Shown here in pieces: positions 19,584-29,479 of a stretch of 64,000 nucleotides of DNA (position 1 is the stretch's first letter; each line of letters begins with the position of its first letter). Below the pieces are notes generated by a model, which did not search any database, was not told where the DNA came from, and worked only from the letters and a program-made list of their open reading frames with translations. This DNA comes from an uncultured Prevotella sp. (GTDB lineage: Bacteria > Bacteroidota > Bacteroidia > Bacteroidales > Bacteroidaceae): positions 1,467-65,466 of the forward strand of contig URJQ01000001.1 of the NCBI GenBank assembly GCA_900548195.1, written 5' to 3'. The position numbers and the translations under genes are program-made.

Positions 19584-20555
19584 ATGAATATATCAGTAAT
19601 AGTACCCCTCTACAATGAAGAAGAATCGCTTCCGGAACTCTATGCTTGGATAGACAGAGTGATGAAGTCTAAAGGCTTCTCTTACGAAGTAATATTCGTC
19701 AATGACGGAAGTACAGACCGTTCTTGGGACGTAATCCGCGAACTTAGTGAGAAATCGGAGAATGTCAAAGGCATCAAGTTCCGCCGTAATTACGGTAAGT
19801 CGCCTGCTCTCTACTGCGGTTTTGCTGCCGCTCAAGGTGATGTGGTGATTACTATGGATGCTGACCTTCAGGATTCTCCTGACGAGATACCGGAGCTCTA
19901 CCGCATGATTATGGAGGATGGCTATGACCTCGTGTCAGGATATAAGCAGAACAGAAAGAAGGGAGACCCGCTTTCTAAGACTATTCCTACCAAACTCTTT
20001 AATGCTACAGCGCGTCAGGTAAGCGGAATACATAATCTTCATGACTTCAACTGTGGACTGAAAGCTTATCGCAAAGAGGTGGTAAAGAATATTGAGGTCT
20101 ATGGCGAGATGCACCGCTATATCCCTTATCTTGCTAAGAATGCAGGTTTCTCAAAGATTGGAGAAAAACCTGTACATCATCAGGCTCGTAAGTTTGGAAC
20201 GTCGAAGTTTATGGGTTGGAACCGCTTTGTCAATGGTTATCTCGACCTTCTCACGCTTTGGTTCCTATCTACTTTTGGCAAGAAACCGATGCATATCTTT
20301 GGTTTCCTCGGCACTCTTGTATTCATGGTGGGTTTCTTCTCTGCCTTAGGAATCGGTGTCGATAAGCTTTGGGCTTTGTCGCAAGGCATCCCGCAGCGCC
20401 TTGTTACAGACTCGCCTTGGTTCTACATCGCATTGACGATGATGATGATAGGCACGCAGTTGTTCCTCGCTGGATTTATAGGAGACCTCTTAAGCCGTTC
20501 TTCTCAGAATCGTAATGACTATCAGATAGAGGAGGAAATAAGATGCGGAAAGTAG
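19584..20555 (+). CDS. GT2 glycosyltransferase (polyprenol-phosphate glycosyltransferase/ArnC-like)
   Basis: SVIVPLYNEEE, VNDGSTD, RNYGKS, TMDADLQD, HDFNCGLKAY; two C-terminal TM helices. Confidence 0.9.
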   Translation: MNISVIVPLYNEEESLPELYAWIDRVMKSKGFSYEVIFVNDGSTDRSWDVIRELSEKSENVKGIKFRRNYGKSPALYCGFAAAQGDVVITMDADLQDSPDEIPELYRMIMEDGYDLVSGYKQNRKKGDPLSKTIPTKLFNATARQVSGIHNLHDFNCGLKAYRKEVVKNIEVYGEMHRYIPYLAKNAGFSKIGEKPVHHQARKFGTSKFMGWNRFVNGYLDLLTLWFLSTFGKKPMHIFGFLGTLVFMVGFFSALGIGVDKLWALSQGIPQRLVTDSPWFYIALTMMMIGTQLFLAGFIGDLLSRSSQNRNDYQIEEEIRCGK

Positions 20556-21034
20556 TGATTTGCTGCATAGCGGCATTGGCAATCATGGTGGGGTGTACCT
20601 CCATTGACTGCTCCGTCAACAGCACTGTGCTCTGTTCTTACCGTTTCATGAATGCAAAAGGCGACTCCGTGATGCTGGGCAATCCTGTCAGCGTGGTCTC
20701 TGCACGAACCATTGACGGTAATGATACAGTCCTGATAAACAAGTTGGAGAATGCTTGCACATTCCGCATTCCTATGAGTTATGCGCAGGATGCTGACGAA
20801 TTGCGATTTATCGTAACCGATAATCAGGGAAAGGAGAGCACTGACTATGTGGTGGTGTCAAAGACTAACGAACCTGTATTTGAAAGTGTCGATTGCGCTC
20901 CACGCTACAATCACACCATTTCAAGCATCAGCACCACTCATAATTTCATCGATTCCATCGTAGTAAAAAATAATAAGGTAACAAATGATCCGACAAAAAT
21001 CAATATATTTGTCTATCTCCACACTGCTGATTAG
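20543..21034 (+). CDS. Conserved lipoprotein (DUF6452-like)
   Basis: Lipobox VGC; FESVDC motif; overlaps the GT2 stop. Confidence 0.65.
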   Translation: MRKVVICCIAALAIMVGCTSIDCSVNSTVLCSYRFMNAKGDSVMLGNPVSVVSARTIDGNDTVLINKLENACTFRIPMSYAQDADELRFIVTDNQGKESTDYVVVSKTNEPVFESVDCAPRYNHTISSISTTHNFIDSIVVKNNKVTNDPTKINIFVYLHTAD

Positions 21035-21674
21035 TCTCGCTCTCATCCTGGGAGCCTCGCAGGCTCATGCTCAGAAGCTCAAGATAGAGGTGCTTCCTGA
21101 CTCTGTTCCTTTCTTCAGAGGACTGAGTGTAGGCGCTGATCTCTTCGGTGTAATCCAGAGGCAGGTCAGTGATTACGGTCAGTATGAGGCAAATTTGAGG
21201 GTCAATCTCAAGGATAAGTATTTCCTAGTATTCGAACTTGGTATCGGCGATGCTGATCATAAAGACGATGCTGTGACGGGAATAAGCGTCAAGACCCGCG
21301 CTCCTTACGGACGAATCGGATGCGATTTCAATGTGCTGAAGAATAAGCATGATGATTATCGTGCCTTTGTAGGACTCAGATATGCTTACACCAACTTCGA
21401 TTTTGAGTTGTCGCATAAAGGAGTAGATGACCCGGTATGGGGCGGTACGGCAGAGTATGGCACTAAAGAAAATTGCTATTACCACTGGCTCGAAGCCCTC
21501 TTTGCAGTCGATGCTAAAGTCATAGGGCCTGTAAGACTCGGCTGGAGCGTCAGATACCGCAGGAGAATAGCAAGTTCTGACTGCTCCACTGGTGAGGTGT
21601 GGTATGTTCCAGGCTTCGGTAAAGCAAAGAAAACGTGCATTGGTGGAAGCTTTAATATTGCCGTTGAGATATAA
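20985..21674 (+). CDS. Outer-membrane beta-barrel protein (DUF6048-like)
   Basis: Signal peptide, alternating beta-strand pattern, WYVPGFG near the C-terminus. Confidence 0.65.
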   Translation: MIRQKSIYLSISTLLISLALILGASQAHAQKLKIEVLPDSVPFFRGLSVGADLFGVIQRQVSDYGQYEANLRVNLKDKYFLVFELGIGDADHKDDAVTGISVKTRAPYGRIGCDFNVLKNKHDDYRAFVGLRYAYTNFDFELSHKGVDDPVWGGTAEYGTKENCYYHWLEALFAVDAKVIGPVRLGWSVRYRRRIASSDCSTGEVWYVPGFGKAKKTCIGGSFNIAVEI

Positions 21675-21860
21675 TTCAGAATGCCAAGTAGGTGATTGGA
21701 ATTATCTTTATAATAGCTTTGCACACAAAAGAGCATAGATATTATTAAAATGAAAATCAATTATCATTATCAAAATGATTTTGATTAACTACTTAAACCC
21801 TGAAGAAAAGTTTCGACAAAGCACAATAATTATACAAACAAAACTTGAACATTTACTCAA

Positions 21861-22865
21861 ATGAAGAAGGTCTTACCAATTTTATTCATACTCGTTGTCC
21901 TCGTCGTAGCGGGCATTGCAGTAGGAAGAAAGAATGCAGATTACCAGCATGACTCCGGTCTTGTCTTCGGTACATCATATAATATAACCTATCAGAGCAA
22001 TGATAATCTCAAGCCGGAGATAGAGAAAGCCCTTGCAGAAGTGGACGCTTCGCTCTCGCCTTTCAATGAGAAATCGGTGATAACCCATGTCAACAAGAAT
22101 GAGGCAGTTACCCTCGATGACCATTTCATCACTGTTTTCCGCCTCTCTTCTGAGATTTATAAAGACACGGAAGGCGCATTCGACATCACTGTTGCTCCGC
22201 TTGTAAATGCTTGGGGCTTTGGTTTTAAGAACGGTATTACGCCAGATCGCCATGCTATTGACAGCCTGATGCAGTTTGTAGGCTTTGACAAAGTGAAACT
22301 GCAGGATGGAAAGATAATAAAGACCGATGACAGATTGATGCTCGATTGCAGTGCTATAGCCAAGGGATATGGCGTCGATGCCGTCGCAAGACTGCTGAAA
22401 TCCAAGGGTATTGACAATTATATGGTGGAGATAGGAGGCGAGATTGTTGCTTCTGGAGAAAACCCTAAAGGTGCTCCTTGGCGCATTGGAGTAAGCAAAC
22501 CGGATGATGATTCCGTAAGCGTTAGTAATGAGATACAGGGTATTATAAATATCTCCAATAGAGCAATGGCGACCAGTGGCAACTACCGCAACTTCTATTA
22601 CAAAGGCGGAAAGAAATATGCACACACCATAGACCCTAAGACCGGTTGCCCAGTGCAGCACTCCATTCTCTCTGCTACCGTGGTGAGTGACGAATGTGCA
22701 AAGGCTGATGCCTATGCCACAGCATTCATGGTGATGGGTTTAGACAAGGCTAAAGCAGTCTTGGCACGCCATAAGGACTTGATGGCTTACTTCATTTATA
22801 GTGATGATAAAGGAAATAATAAGGTGTGGTATTCACCTTCATTAAAGGCAAACTTAGAAGAGTAA
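21861..22865 (+). CDS. apbE: FAD:protein FMN transferase
   Basis: FDITVAPLVNAWGFG, AIAKGYGVD, VEIGGE, ATSGNYR, HTIDPKTG, ADAYATA. Confidence 0.92.
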   Translation: MKKVLPILFILVVLVVAGIAVGRKNADYQHDSGLVFGTSYNITYQSNDNLKPEIEKALAEVDASLSPFNEKSVITHVNKNEAVTLDDHFITVFRLSSEIYKDTEGAFDITVAPLVNAWGFGFKNGITPDRHAIDSLMQFVGFDKVKLQDGKIIKTDDRLMLDCSAIAKGYGVDAVARLLKSKGIDNYMVEIGGEIVASGENPKGAPWRIGVSKPDDDSVSVSNEIQGIINISNRAMATSGNYRNFYYKGGKKYAHTIDPKTGCPVQHSILSATVVSDECAKADAYATAFMVMGLDKAKAVLARHKDLMAYFIYSDDKGNNKVWYSPSLKANLEE

Positions 22866-23536
22866 TGAAATATTCCTTGACAGAATTACTGGAGTTGCCT
22901 CTATTCTTAGGTATGGGAAGAGGGGAACTGGACGAGATACAGAAGTATGTTCGCCTTGCCAGTTCTCATGTCAAGAAAACCAGAATGATAGTCACTGCTG
23001 GCGAACTTTGCGACAGTCTGATAATCGTAGCAAAAGGACAACTGTCCTGCATCAGATACAGCGATGATAAATCATACTATATGGACGAGCATCTGCAGGC
23101 GCCTCTGGTCATACAGCCCGAGCATATCTTCGGAATGAAGCAGAGATACACGATGTCGTTCAAGGCACGCTCGTATTGCGATGTGCTGAGGATTGAGAAG
23201 CACATGGTGCTCAGACTCATGGAAAAGTCGATGACATTCCGACTCAATTTCCTGAATATCATCACCACTCAGACGCAGCGATTGTGCAGTGATATCTGGC
23301 ATCCTATGCCTGAAGATGTAGAGAAAAGGATAATACGATTTGTCAAAGACCATTCCCATTATCCTGCTGGATGCAAGATATTGCATATCAAGATGAATGC
23401 TTTTGCTAAGGAATTGGGCTGCTCCCGCCTTGAAATATCTGAGGCTTTGCATTCCCTGCAGGACAAGCAACTGCTCCTTATCCGCCGTTCTTTCATAGAA
23501 GTGCCGATGCTGCAATTGCTTATCAAGCAGAAATAA
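22865..23536 (+). CDS. Crp/Fnr family transcriptional regulator
   Basis: Start at the TAATG overlap with the apbE stop; cNMP-binding barrel (LPLF, AGELCDSL, IFG) and C-terminal HTH (FAKELGCSRLEISEALHSL). Confidence 0.8.
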   Translation: MKYSLTELLELPLFLGMGRGELDEIQKYVRLASSHVKKTRMIVTAGELCDSLIIVAKGQLSCIRYSDDKSYYMDEHLQAPLVIQPEHIFGMKQRYTMSFKARSYCDVLRIEKHMVLRLMEKSMTFRLNFLNIITTQTQRLCSDIWHPMPEDVEKRIIRFVKDHSHYPAGCKILHIKMNAFAKELGCSRLEISEALHSLQDKQLLLIRRSFIEVPMLQLLIKQK

Positions 23537-23622
23537 GTGGCGTGATGACAGCGCTTTAGAATAGTAAAAACTGACATTCAGGGCTTCATATGGCCCACGA
23601 TAATTATATAATATACAAGATA

Positions 23623-25671
23623 ATGAGACAGAATCCGTTTTTCAGCAAATATACTACAATACATGAAGTGCCTCCTTTCGACAAGATAAAGCTCGAAGAT
23701 TACGAAGAGGCTTTCATGGAAGGAATACGCCGTGACGATGAGCATATAGACAAAATCATCAATAATCCGGAGCCTCCTACATTTGATAACACGATTATCG
23801 AAGAGGATGATGAGAATGAATATTATGCTTTGCTTGACAAAGTGTCTGCCGTTTTCTTCAATCTTCTTTCTGCTGAGACGAATGATGAGATGGACGCACT
23901 GGCACAAAAGATTCAGCCTGCGCTGACAAAGCATGCTAATGACGTGAGTCTCAATAAGAGATTGTTTGAACGCATCAAGGCAGTACATGACAATCATCGC
24001 CCTCTCACACCGGAGGAAGAGTGTCTCTTGCAGAAGAGTTACGACGGTTTCGTCCGTAGCGGTGCTCTCCTCGATGAGGAAGGAAAGGCTAAGCTCCGTG
24101 CTCTCACAGAGGAAGGCAGTATGCTTTCTCTCCAGTTTTCGCAGAATCTGCTGAAAGAAAAGAAGGCTTTCTCTCTCCATATCACTGATGAGAATGACCT
24201 TAAAGGTCTCCCTGATACTCAGAAAGAGACGGCAAGACATGAGGCAAAGGAGCGTAATCTCGATGGTTGGGTGTTTACTCTCGACTTCCCAAGTTATGGT
24301 CCTTTTATGCAATATGCAGAAAACCGCGACCTCAGAGAGAAAATGTTTATGGCATACAACACTCTCTGTACGCATGAAAATGAGACTAATAACATAGATA
24401 TCTGCAAGCGACTGATCAATATTCGCCGTGAGACGGCTCAGTTGCTCGGTTATCATACCTATGCTGACTATGTCCTCGTAAAGCGTATGGCATCCAATGT
24501 AGCAAATGTATATAAACTGCTCGACGACCTTATTGATGCCTATAAGCCTACTGCCGTTGCTGAGAAAGAGGAACTGAAGCAGATGGCTAAGCGCATGAAT
24601 GGAGAGGATTTCAAACTCATGCCGTGGGATGGAGCTTTCTATTCGCACAAGCTTCAGTTGGAAAAATATAATGTCGATGCAGAGATGGTACGTCCGTACT
24701 TCGAACTTTCCAAGGTGATAAAGGGCGTATTCGGACTTGCCACACGCCTTTATGGCATTACATTCCAGGAGAATAAGGATATTCCTGTATATCATCCTGA
24801 TGTGAAAGCCTATGAGGTGTTCGACAAAGATGGCTCATATCTCGCAGTCCTCTATGCCGATTTCTATCCTCGAAAGGGCAAGCAGGGTGGAGCTTGGATG
24901 ACCAGTTATCAGGATCAATGGATTAACCAAAAGGGCGAAAACATACGTCCGCACGTCAGTCTGGTGATGAATTTCACCAAGCCTACTGCTGATAAGCCTG
25001 CATTGCTCACCCTCGGTGAGGTGGAGACTTTCCTCCACGAGTTCGGTCATTCATTGCATGGTATGTTTGCCAACACTCGCTTCTCTTCGCTTTCAGGCAC
25101 TAATGTGTGGTGGGATTTTGTGGAATTGCCTTCACAGTTTATGGAGAATTTCTCTCTTGAGCGTGAGTTTCTCTCCACTTTCGCATACCATTACAAGACT
25201 GGTGAACCAATGCCTGACGACCTTATCCAGCGTCTTATTGATGGAAGAAACTTCGCTGTGGCTTCTGCTTGCCTCCGCCAGGTCAGCTTCGGACTCCTCG
25301 ATATGGCTTACTATACTAAGGAAAAGCCATTCGAAGACGACCTTATCAAGTTTGAGAAAAAGGCTTGGGAGAAGGCAATCATCGGCACCCAACTGGAGAA
25401 TACCTGCATGACTGTGCAGTTCTCGCACATCATGGCTGGCGGATATGCGGCTGGTTATTATAGTTATAAGTGGGCAGAGGTGCTTGATGCCGATGCTTTT
25501 GCAGTGTTCAAGCGTGAAGGTGTCTTCAACAGAGAGACGGCACAACGCTTCCGCGACTGCATTCTCTCCAAGGGAGGAACCGAGCATCCGATGACTCTCT
25601 ATAAGCGTTTCCGTGGTGGCGAGCCGACTATTGATGCCCTTCTCGAAAGAAATGGTATCAAGAAAGCGTAA
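23623..25671 (+). CDS. dcp: M3 family peptidyl-dipeptidase
   Basis: NPFF start, GKQGGAWM, HEFGHSLH zinc motif, DFVELPSQFME, GYYSYKWAEVLDADAF. Confidence 0.92.
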   Translation: MRQNPFFSKYTTIHEVPPFDKIKLEDYEEAFMEGIRRDDEHIDKIINNPEPPTFDNTIIEEDDENEYYALLDKVSAVFFNLLSAETNDEMDALAQKIQPALTKHANDVSLNKRLFERIKAVHDNHRPLTPEEECLLQKSYDGFVRSGALLDEEGKAKLRALTEEGSMLSLQFSQNLLKEKKAFSLHITDENDLKGLPDTQKETARHEAKERNLDGWVFTLDFPSYGPFMQYAENRDLREKMFMAYNTLCTHENETNNIDICKRLINIRRETAQLLGYHTYADYVLVKRMASNVANVYKLLDDLIDAYKPTAVAEKEELKQMAKRMNGEDFKLMPWDGAFYSHKLQLEKYNVDAEMVRPYFELSKVIKGVFGLATRLYGITFQENKDIPVYHPDVKAYEVFDKDGSYLAVLYADFYPRKGKQGGAWMTSYQDQWINQKGENIRPHVSLVMNFTKPTADKPALLTLGEVETFLHEFGHSLHGMFANTRFSSLSGTNVWWDFVELPSQFMENFSLEREFLSTFAYHYKTGEPMPDDLIQRLIDGRNFAVASACLRQVSFGLLDMAYYTKEKPFEDDLIKFEKKAWEKAIIGTQLENTCMTVQFSHIMAGGYAAGYYSYKWAEVLDADAFAVFKREGVFNRETAQRFRDCILSKGGTEHPMTLYKRFRGGEPTIDALLERNGIKKA

Positions 25672-25750
25672 CTATCACGTCGTAAGTATTTTATAATGCC
25701 ATAGCATTCCGTCTGTTACCGCGGAATAATATAATAAAGTAATCGTGAAT

Positions 25751-26182
25751 ATGGATAAGCAGAAACAGTACAATCTCGACTGTCGCTATCTGAGAATGGC
25801 GCAGATCTGGGCAGAGAACAGTTATTGCAAGCGTAGGCAAGTCGGCGCTCTTGTGGTAAAAGACAAGATGATTATCAGTGATGGATACAATGGTACACCG
25901 AGCGGATTCGACAATATCTGTGAGGATGAGACCAACACTACATATCCATACGTGCTCCATGCTGAGGCTAATGCTATCACCAAACTGGCTCGAAGCAGCA
26001 ATAATAGCGATGGCGCTACACTCTATGTCACTGCTTCTCCATGTATAGAATGCGCAAAACTCATCATTCAGGCTGGCATAAAGCGTGTCATCTACGGTGA
26101 GGAATACCGTCTCTCTGATGGTCTTGACTTGATGCGCAAGGCAGGAATTGAAGTACTGTTGCTTGAGCAAAAGGAGAAATAA
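25751..26182 (+). CDS. dCMP deaminase
   Basis: GYNGTPSG, HAEANAI, SPCIECAK; start at ATG 25751 (or GTG 25745). Confidence 0.92.
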   Translation: MDKQKQYNLDCRYLRMAQIWAENSYCKRRQVGALVVKDKMIISDGYNGTPSGFDNICEDETNTTYPYVLHAEANAITKLARSSNNSDGATLYVTASPCIECAKLIIQAGIKRVIYGEEYRLSDGLDLMRKAGIEVLLLEQKEK

Positions 26183-26244
26183 ATGCCAACCATCCTTGGT
26201 TGCCTGCCCTCATCTCCCCATAATCACAATAATAAAACAAGAAA

Positions 26245-27876
26245 ATGTCAAAGAAAACAAATAGATACATGCCCCTGCTGATGGCTCTATGCGTAGTCAT
26301 CGGTATAGTGATAGGATCTTTCTATGCCAATCATTTCTCAGGAAATCGCCTCAATATCATCAATTCTGGTAGTAACAGACTCAATAATCTCTTGCATATC
26401 ATCGATGATCAGTATGTCGATTCCGTCAATATCAATGACTTGGTGGAGAAAGCTATCCCGCAGATATTGTCCGAACTGGACCCTCACTCTGTCTATATCT
26501 CAGCGAAAGAGGCGCAGAAGACTGCCGATGATCTCAAGGGTTCATTCTGTGGTGTCGGCATCGAATTTGTCATTAGAGAGGATACTATCCATGTGCAGAA
26601 TGTCATTACTGACGGTCCTGCCGAGCGTGCTGGCATAATAGCAGGCGATAAAATCGTAGCTGTCGATGGCAAACCGTTCGTTGGCAAGATGGTGACAAGT
26701 GAGGAAGCGCAGACTCGTCTCAAGGGAGAGAAGGGCTCTAAGGTGAAGATTGGGGTCGTAAGATATGGCTCTAAGAAAGTAAAGACCTTCACACTTGTGC
26801 GTGATGAAATAAAGATGAAGAGCGTTTCTGCAGCTTATATGCTCGATGAAACTACGGGATATATCAAGGTAAAGAACTTTGGCGAGACCACATACGCTGA
26901 ATTCCTCGTTGCTCTTGCTACCTTGTCACAGCAAGGATTCAAGGGTCTTGTCGTCGATCTCCGCGATAATGGTGGCGGTTATCTTGAGTCCAGTGTGCAA
27001 ATGGCTAATGAATTCCTCCCTGCTAATCGTCTGATTGTATATACTCAGGGTCGCAAGTCCCCTCGTCGTGACTATCAATCGGATGGTAGGGGCGCTTATA
27101 TCAAGATGCCACTCGTAGTGCTTATCAATGAAAACTCTGCCTCTGCATCCGAGATTTTCGCTGGAGCAATGCAGGATAATGACCGTGCCACTATCATAGG
27201 CTTGCGCTCTTACGGTAAGGGATTGGTACAGCAACAGTTGGGATTCCCTGACGGTTCGATGATTCGTCTTACGGTAGCGCGCTATTATACTCCTTCTGGT
27301 CGTTGCATACAGAAGCCATATACCAATGCTGATGAATATAGCCATGACGTATTGAAGAGATATGAGAGTGGTGAATTCTTCTCTCAGGACAGCATTAAGC
27401 ATACCGGACCAAAGTATCATACCGTAGGCGGTAGGGTAGTATATGGCGGTGGTGGTATCACTCCTGACATCTTTGTGGCTGAAGATACCACATCTCTCAC
27501 CAGCTATTATACCAAGGCTGTCACCAGTGGACTTATCCTTCAGTTTGCTTTTGTCTATACTGACGACAACCGTCTGAAACTGAATAACTTCACTGAAATG
27601 CAGGAAATGGCTGACTATCTCAAGACTCAAAGCCTTGTGGATAAGTTTGCTACTTATGCTGATTCTCATGGATTGAAGCGTCGTAACCTGATGATTAAAA
27701 AGTCATACTCACTCCTTGACCGTTTCATCAATAGTAGAATTATCTACACAATGCTTGACGAGCAGTCTTGGTATCAGTATATCAATCAGGATGATCCTGT
27801 CATTGGTACGGCGATAAATGTCTTCAGGGAAGGCAAGGCTTTCCCTTCCATCGTGAAAAAGAAGGCAAAGAAATGA
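26245..27876 (+). CDS. S41 carboxy-terminal processing protease
   Basis: N-terminal TM, LDPHS, PDZ domain, DLRDNGGG, SASASEI, SYGKG, YYTPSGR. Confidence 0.92.
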   Translation: MSKKTNRYMPLLMALCVVIGIVIGSFYANHFSGNRLNIINSGSNRLNNLLHIIDDQYVDSVNINDLVEKAIPQILSELDPHSVYISAKEAQKTADDLKGSFCGVGIEFVIREDTIHVQNVITDGPAERAGIIAGDKIVAVDGKPFVGKMVTSEEAQTRLKGEKGSKVKIGVVRYGSKKVKTFTLVRDEIKMKSVSAAYMLDETTGYIKVKNFGETTYAEFLVALATLSQQGFKGLVVDLRDNGGGYLESSVQMANEFLPANRLIVYTQGRKSPRRDYQSDGRGAYIKMPLVVLINENSASASEIFAGAMQDNDRATIIGLRSYGKGLVQQQLGFPDGSMIRLTVARYYTPSGRCIQKPYTNADEYSHDVLKRYESGEFFSQDSIKHTGPKYHTVGGRVVYGGGGITPDIFVAEDTTSLTSYYTKAVTSGLILQFAFVYTDDNRLKLNNFTEMQEMADYLKTQSLVDKFATYADSHGLKRRNLMIKKSYSLLDRFINSRIIYTMLDEQSWYQYINQDDPVIGTAINVFREGKAFPSIVKKKAKK

Positions 27877-27938
27877 CATCCTGACGCATCATTACGATGA
27901 TATAAAAGAACAAACACCCAACTTGATAATCTAAATAT

Positions 27939-28493
27939 ATGAAAAAGAAGGAATTAAGAAGGCATATACGTGCCGAGAAACAGAAATATAGCAAAGCAGA
28001 ACTTGCACAATTCTCAGCAGAGATAGTGCAAGTATTGCTTCGCCATTCTCGTGTCATTGAAGCGCAAACGATACTCCTTTACCATGCTCTTCCTGATGAA
28101 GTCGATACCACAGCGCTGCTTTCTGCCCTGCAAAGTCGAGGCAAGACATTGCTTCTGCCAAAGGTAATCAGTGATACTGATATGACAATACATCTCTATC
28201 ACGGTGAGGAAACGTTGCGAAAGGATGACTCTTTCGGCATTATGGAGCCTGACAACGCTCCTTTTACCGACTATTCGTCCATAGATCTGATGATAATCCC
28301 TGGCATGGCATTCGATAATCAGTGTCATCGTTTGGGCAGAGGAAAGGGCTATTATGACCGTTTCCTGTCTAAAGTTCCTGCAGATAAGTATAAGTTGGGC
28401 ATTTGTTTTCCATTCCAGATGTTGCCAGAAGTGCCTTCAGAGGCTACTGATATCCTTATGAATGAGGTGGTGTCTGGTGGGTTTGTTGTTTAG
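27939..28493 (+). CDS. 5-formyltetrahydrofolate cyclo-ligase
   Basis: KKELR start, FGIMEP, IPGMAFD, RLGRGKGYYDRFL. Confidence 0.92.
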   Translation: MKKKELRRHIRAEKQKYSKAELAQFSAEIVQVLLRHSRVIEAQTILLYHALPDEVDTTALLSALQSRGKTLLLPKVISDTDMTIHLYHGEETLRKDDSFGIMEPDNAPFTDYSSIDLMIIPGMAFDNQCHRLGRGKGYYDRFLSKVPADKYKLGICFPFQMLPEVPSEATDILMNEVVSGGFVV

Positions 28494-28584
28494 TTGTTTA
28501 GTTGTTTGGTTGAATGTATAATCAAGGCAAATAACCAAATAACCAAACAAGGCAAACAACAAAACAACGAAACAACCAAACAAC
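28485..28584. repeat. Inverted octamer-array hairpin (GTTGTTTA)n ... (NAAACAAC)n, copy 1
   Basis: Left arm overlaps the TAG stop of the cyclo-ligase; right arm 28528-28584. Confidence 0.8.
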
Positions 28585-28612
28585 ATTAACTTTACTCAAT
28601 AAAACCCCATAA

Positions 28613-28903
28613 ATGTTCCGTAAGCATCCGATACAAGTAGAGAAGTTAGTGAAGGTCATCCTTCGCTCAAATGGTCTTGAGACGCCTTGGCTTCAAAGGC
28701 GTCTTATAGAGGCGTGGGATAATGTGGCTGGTGAAACTGTTGCGCGATATACCACGGAAAAGTATATCCGCAATCAGACTTTATTCGTTCATATAGAAAA
28801 TCCTGCGCTACGTTCGGAGTTGAATATGTCTAAAAATATGTTAATAAAGTGCTTAAATACAACTGTAGGAGCGCAAGTAATCACCGACATACGTTTGGTA
28901 TAA
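28613..28903 (+). CDS. DUF721 / DciA-like protein
   Basis: GLETPWLQRRLIEAWDNVAG, IRNQTLFV, LRSELNM, ITDIRL; adjacent to recF. Confidence 0.8.
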   Translation: MFRKHPIQVEKLVKVILRSNGLETPWLQRRLIEAWDNVAGETVARYTTEKYIRNQTLFVHIENPALRSELNMSKNMLIKCLNTTVGAQVITDIRLV

Positions 28904-28931
28904 TTACAATTCCGACGCAGTGATTGCAATC

Positions 28932-29080
28932 TAAAAGCTATGTTGTTACTGCCAAATCGCTATGTTCTAACTTCCTAATAACTATATTGTTACCTTCTAA
29001 AAGCATAGTTATTACCTTGTAAAAGCATTGTTATTACCTTGTAAAAGCATAGCTATTGCAAACTAAAAACTAAGCTTTTG
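28932..29080. repeat. 22-bp-period palindromic array, 7 units
   Basis: Units start at 28932, 28954, 28976, 28998, 29020, 29042 and 29064 (e.g. TAAAAGC-ATA-GTTATTA-CCTTG). Confidence 0.88.
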
Positions 29081-29144
29081 CAGTCCTCTTTTATATCGAA
29101 AATTAAGCTACTTTTCTCGTAAAAAAAATATTTTTTTTTCAAAT

Positions 29145-29249
29145 ATAATTCCATAATTCCACCTCTTTGCCGTAAAGTGTTGAAGCTTAATATGATATAA
29201 GTGGTGGAATTAGTGGTGGAATTATGGTGGAATTTCATGAAGTTCCACC
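29145..29249. repeat. GGTGGAATT iteron-like cluster flanking a 25-bp dyad
   Basis: AATTCCACC (29155-63); GGTGGAATT at 29203, 29215 and 29226; AGTTCCACC at 29241; dyad at 29173-29197. Confidence 0.7.
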
Positions 29250-29303
29250 CATGCGAATTGGTTTTAGTGACTAAACCTTCGTAAGTAAAAGATGCCCCTC
29301 AGT

Positions 29304-29397
29304 TCCCACTGCCGTGGGGAGGTGAAAAATATCAATAGAGAAAAACAAAGAAAAAATATAAAAATATATATTTGTTTATTTTGTTTATTGATATTTT
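29304..29397. repeat. AT-rich inverted-repeat element copy A, preceded by a CCCAC..GTGGG hairpin
   Basis: AAAATATCAATA (29326) ... TATTGATATTTT (29397); related copies at 32728-32819 and 49449-49509. Confidence 0.7.
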
Positions 29398-29479
29398 ATT
29401 ACTGATTAGTAGCATGTTAGCTACTTGCGAAAGTTGAGTTTGTGAATGAAAACGCTGATTTTAGGATGTCAAATGAGGA

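Noticed and set aside
23578..24795. 405-aa minus-strand ORF
   Set aside because: Antisense shadow of dcp.
28932..29080. 22-bp arrays as CRISPR arrays
   Set aside because: Linkers are only 5 nt, the units are degenerate, and there are no cas genes or leader.
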